Source: Camelus ferus
Taxonomy: Eukaryota
NCBI RefSeq assembly: GCF_009834535.1
Contig: NC_045712.1
Coordinates: 10,726,001 to 10,790,000, forward strand
Direction of reading: 5' to 3'
Length of the DNA stretch: 64,000 nt
The notes beneath the pieces were generated by a model. It was given only the letters and a program-made list of their open reading frames with translations, was not told the DNA's origin and searched no databases. Shown piece after piece: positions 63,510 to 64,000 of this stretch. A program made the position numbers and the translations under genes. Every line of letters starts with the position of its first letter. The stretch's first letter is position 1.

Positions 63510-63990
63510 ATGGTTGGAGGAGCACTAGAAGCATTTACCTAGGAACGTTGACAATTAGAAAACAATGGTATCATAACAGCTAATATACGCCGAACATTTA
63601 CTATGTCAAAGGCATTGTTCCAAGCACTGAACAAAAATGGCCATTTTGTTTTTGGTTTCCACTGGCTTTTTCCTGAAGATCAAATCAGAGATCTCTCTTT
63701 CTCCTCCTAAAAGCTGGTAAGAAACAGCAATAAAGCAACAGTAGCAGTGGTGTTGGTGATAATAAAGATGATGTTGATGGTGGTGGTGGTGGTGGTGGTG
63801 ATGGTGATGGTGATGACGACAGTGTTTTTGGAGATGTGTTCCTATATGCTATGGTCTTTATATATGCAGCACAATCATATGTGGTCCCAAGGACCACCAA
63901 GTGAGACAGGTAACATTATTACCCACACCGTAGAGATGAAGAAACTAAAATACAGAAGAGTTAAGTACTGCCTATATTTATACTGATAAC
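63510..63990 (-). mobile_element. MIR fragments flanking a trinucleotide repeat
   Basis: gaacatttactatgtcaaaggcattgttccaagcact and gtgagacaggtaacattattacccac...gatgaagaaactaaaatacagaagagttaagt. Confidence 0.55.
63767..63820. repeat. (TGA/TGG)n compound trinucleotide repeat
   Basis: gatgatgttgatgg(tgg)n tgatggtgatggtgatgacgac read directly. Confidence 0.9.
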
Positions 63991-64000
63991 ACAGGCAAAG

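Noticed and set aside
63685-63986. Poly-Pro/Ser and poly-Val/Met ORFs
   Set aside because: They are translations of the (TGG/TGA)n repeat within MIR fragments.

Overview
Mammalian, AT-rich, repeat-rich genomic DNA, very probably from a camelid (alpaca/llama/camel), judged from two vic-1-type tRNA-Ala-derived SINEs and cetartiodactyl-type L1 3' ends. The only protein-coding gene I can support is the 3' end of TAFA1 (FAM19A1) on the minus strand. It has a 125-bp coding exon at 34398-34522 ([42 protein letters not shown]), a 5.4-kb intron, and a terminal exon with only 18 coding nt at 28978-28995 (IHPRT*) followed by a roughly 1.1-kb 3' UTR. 34523-64000 is part of a long upstream intron and 1 to about 27860 is downstream intergenic DNA. 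Most of the rest is old and young transposon debris (L1, L2, L3/CR1, MIR, MaLR/ERVL LTRs, hAT and Tigger MITEs); family names are from memory of consensus sequences and their boundaries are approximate. I found no convincing new multi-gene biological system. The best second-look items are a perfect 32-bp palindrome, an L1 whose ORF1 start is fused to the ORF2 end, CpG-retaining patches in old repeats, two hAT elements sharing a triplicated target site, 3' UTR regulatory motifs and candidate antisense exons.
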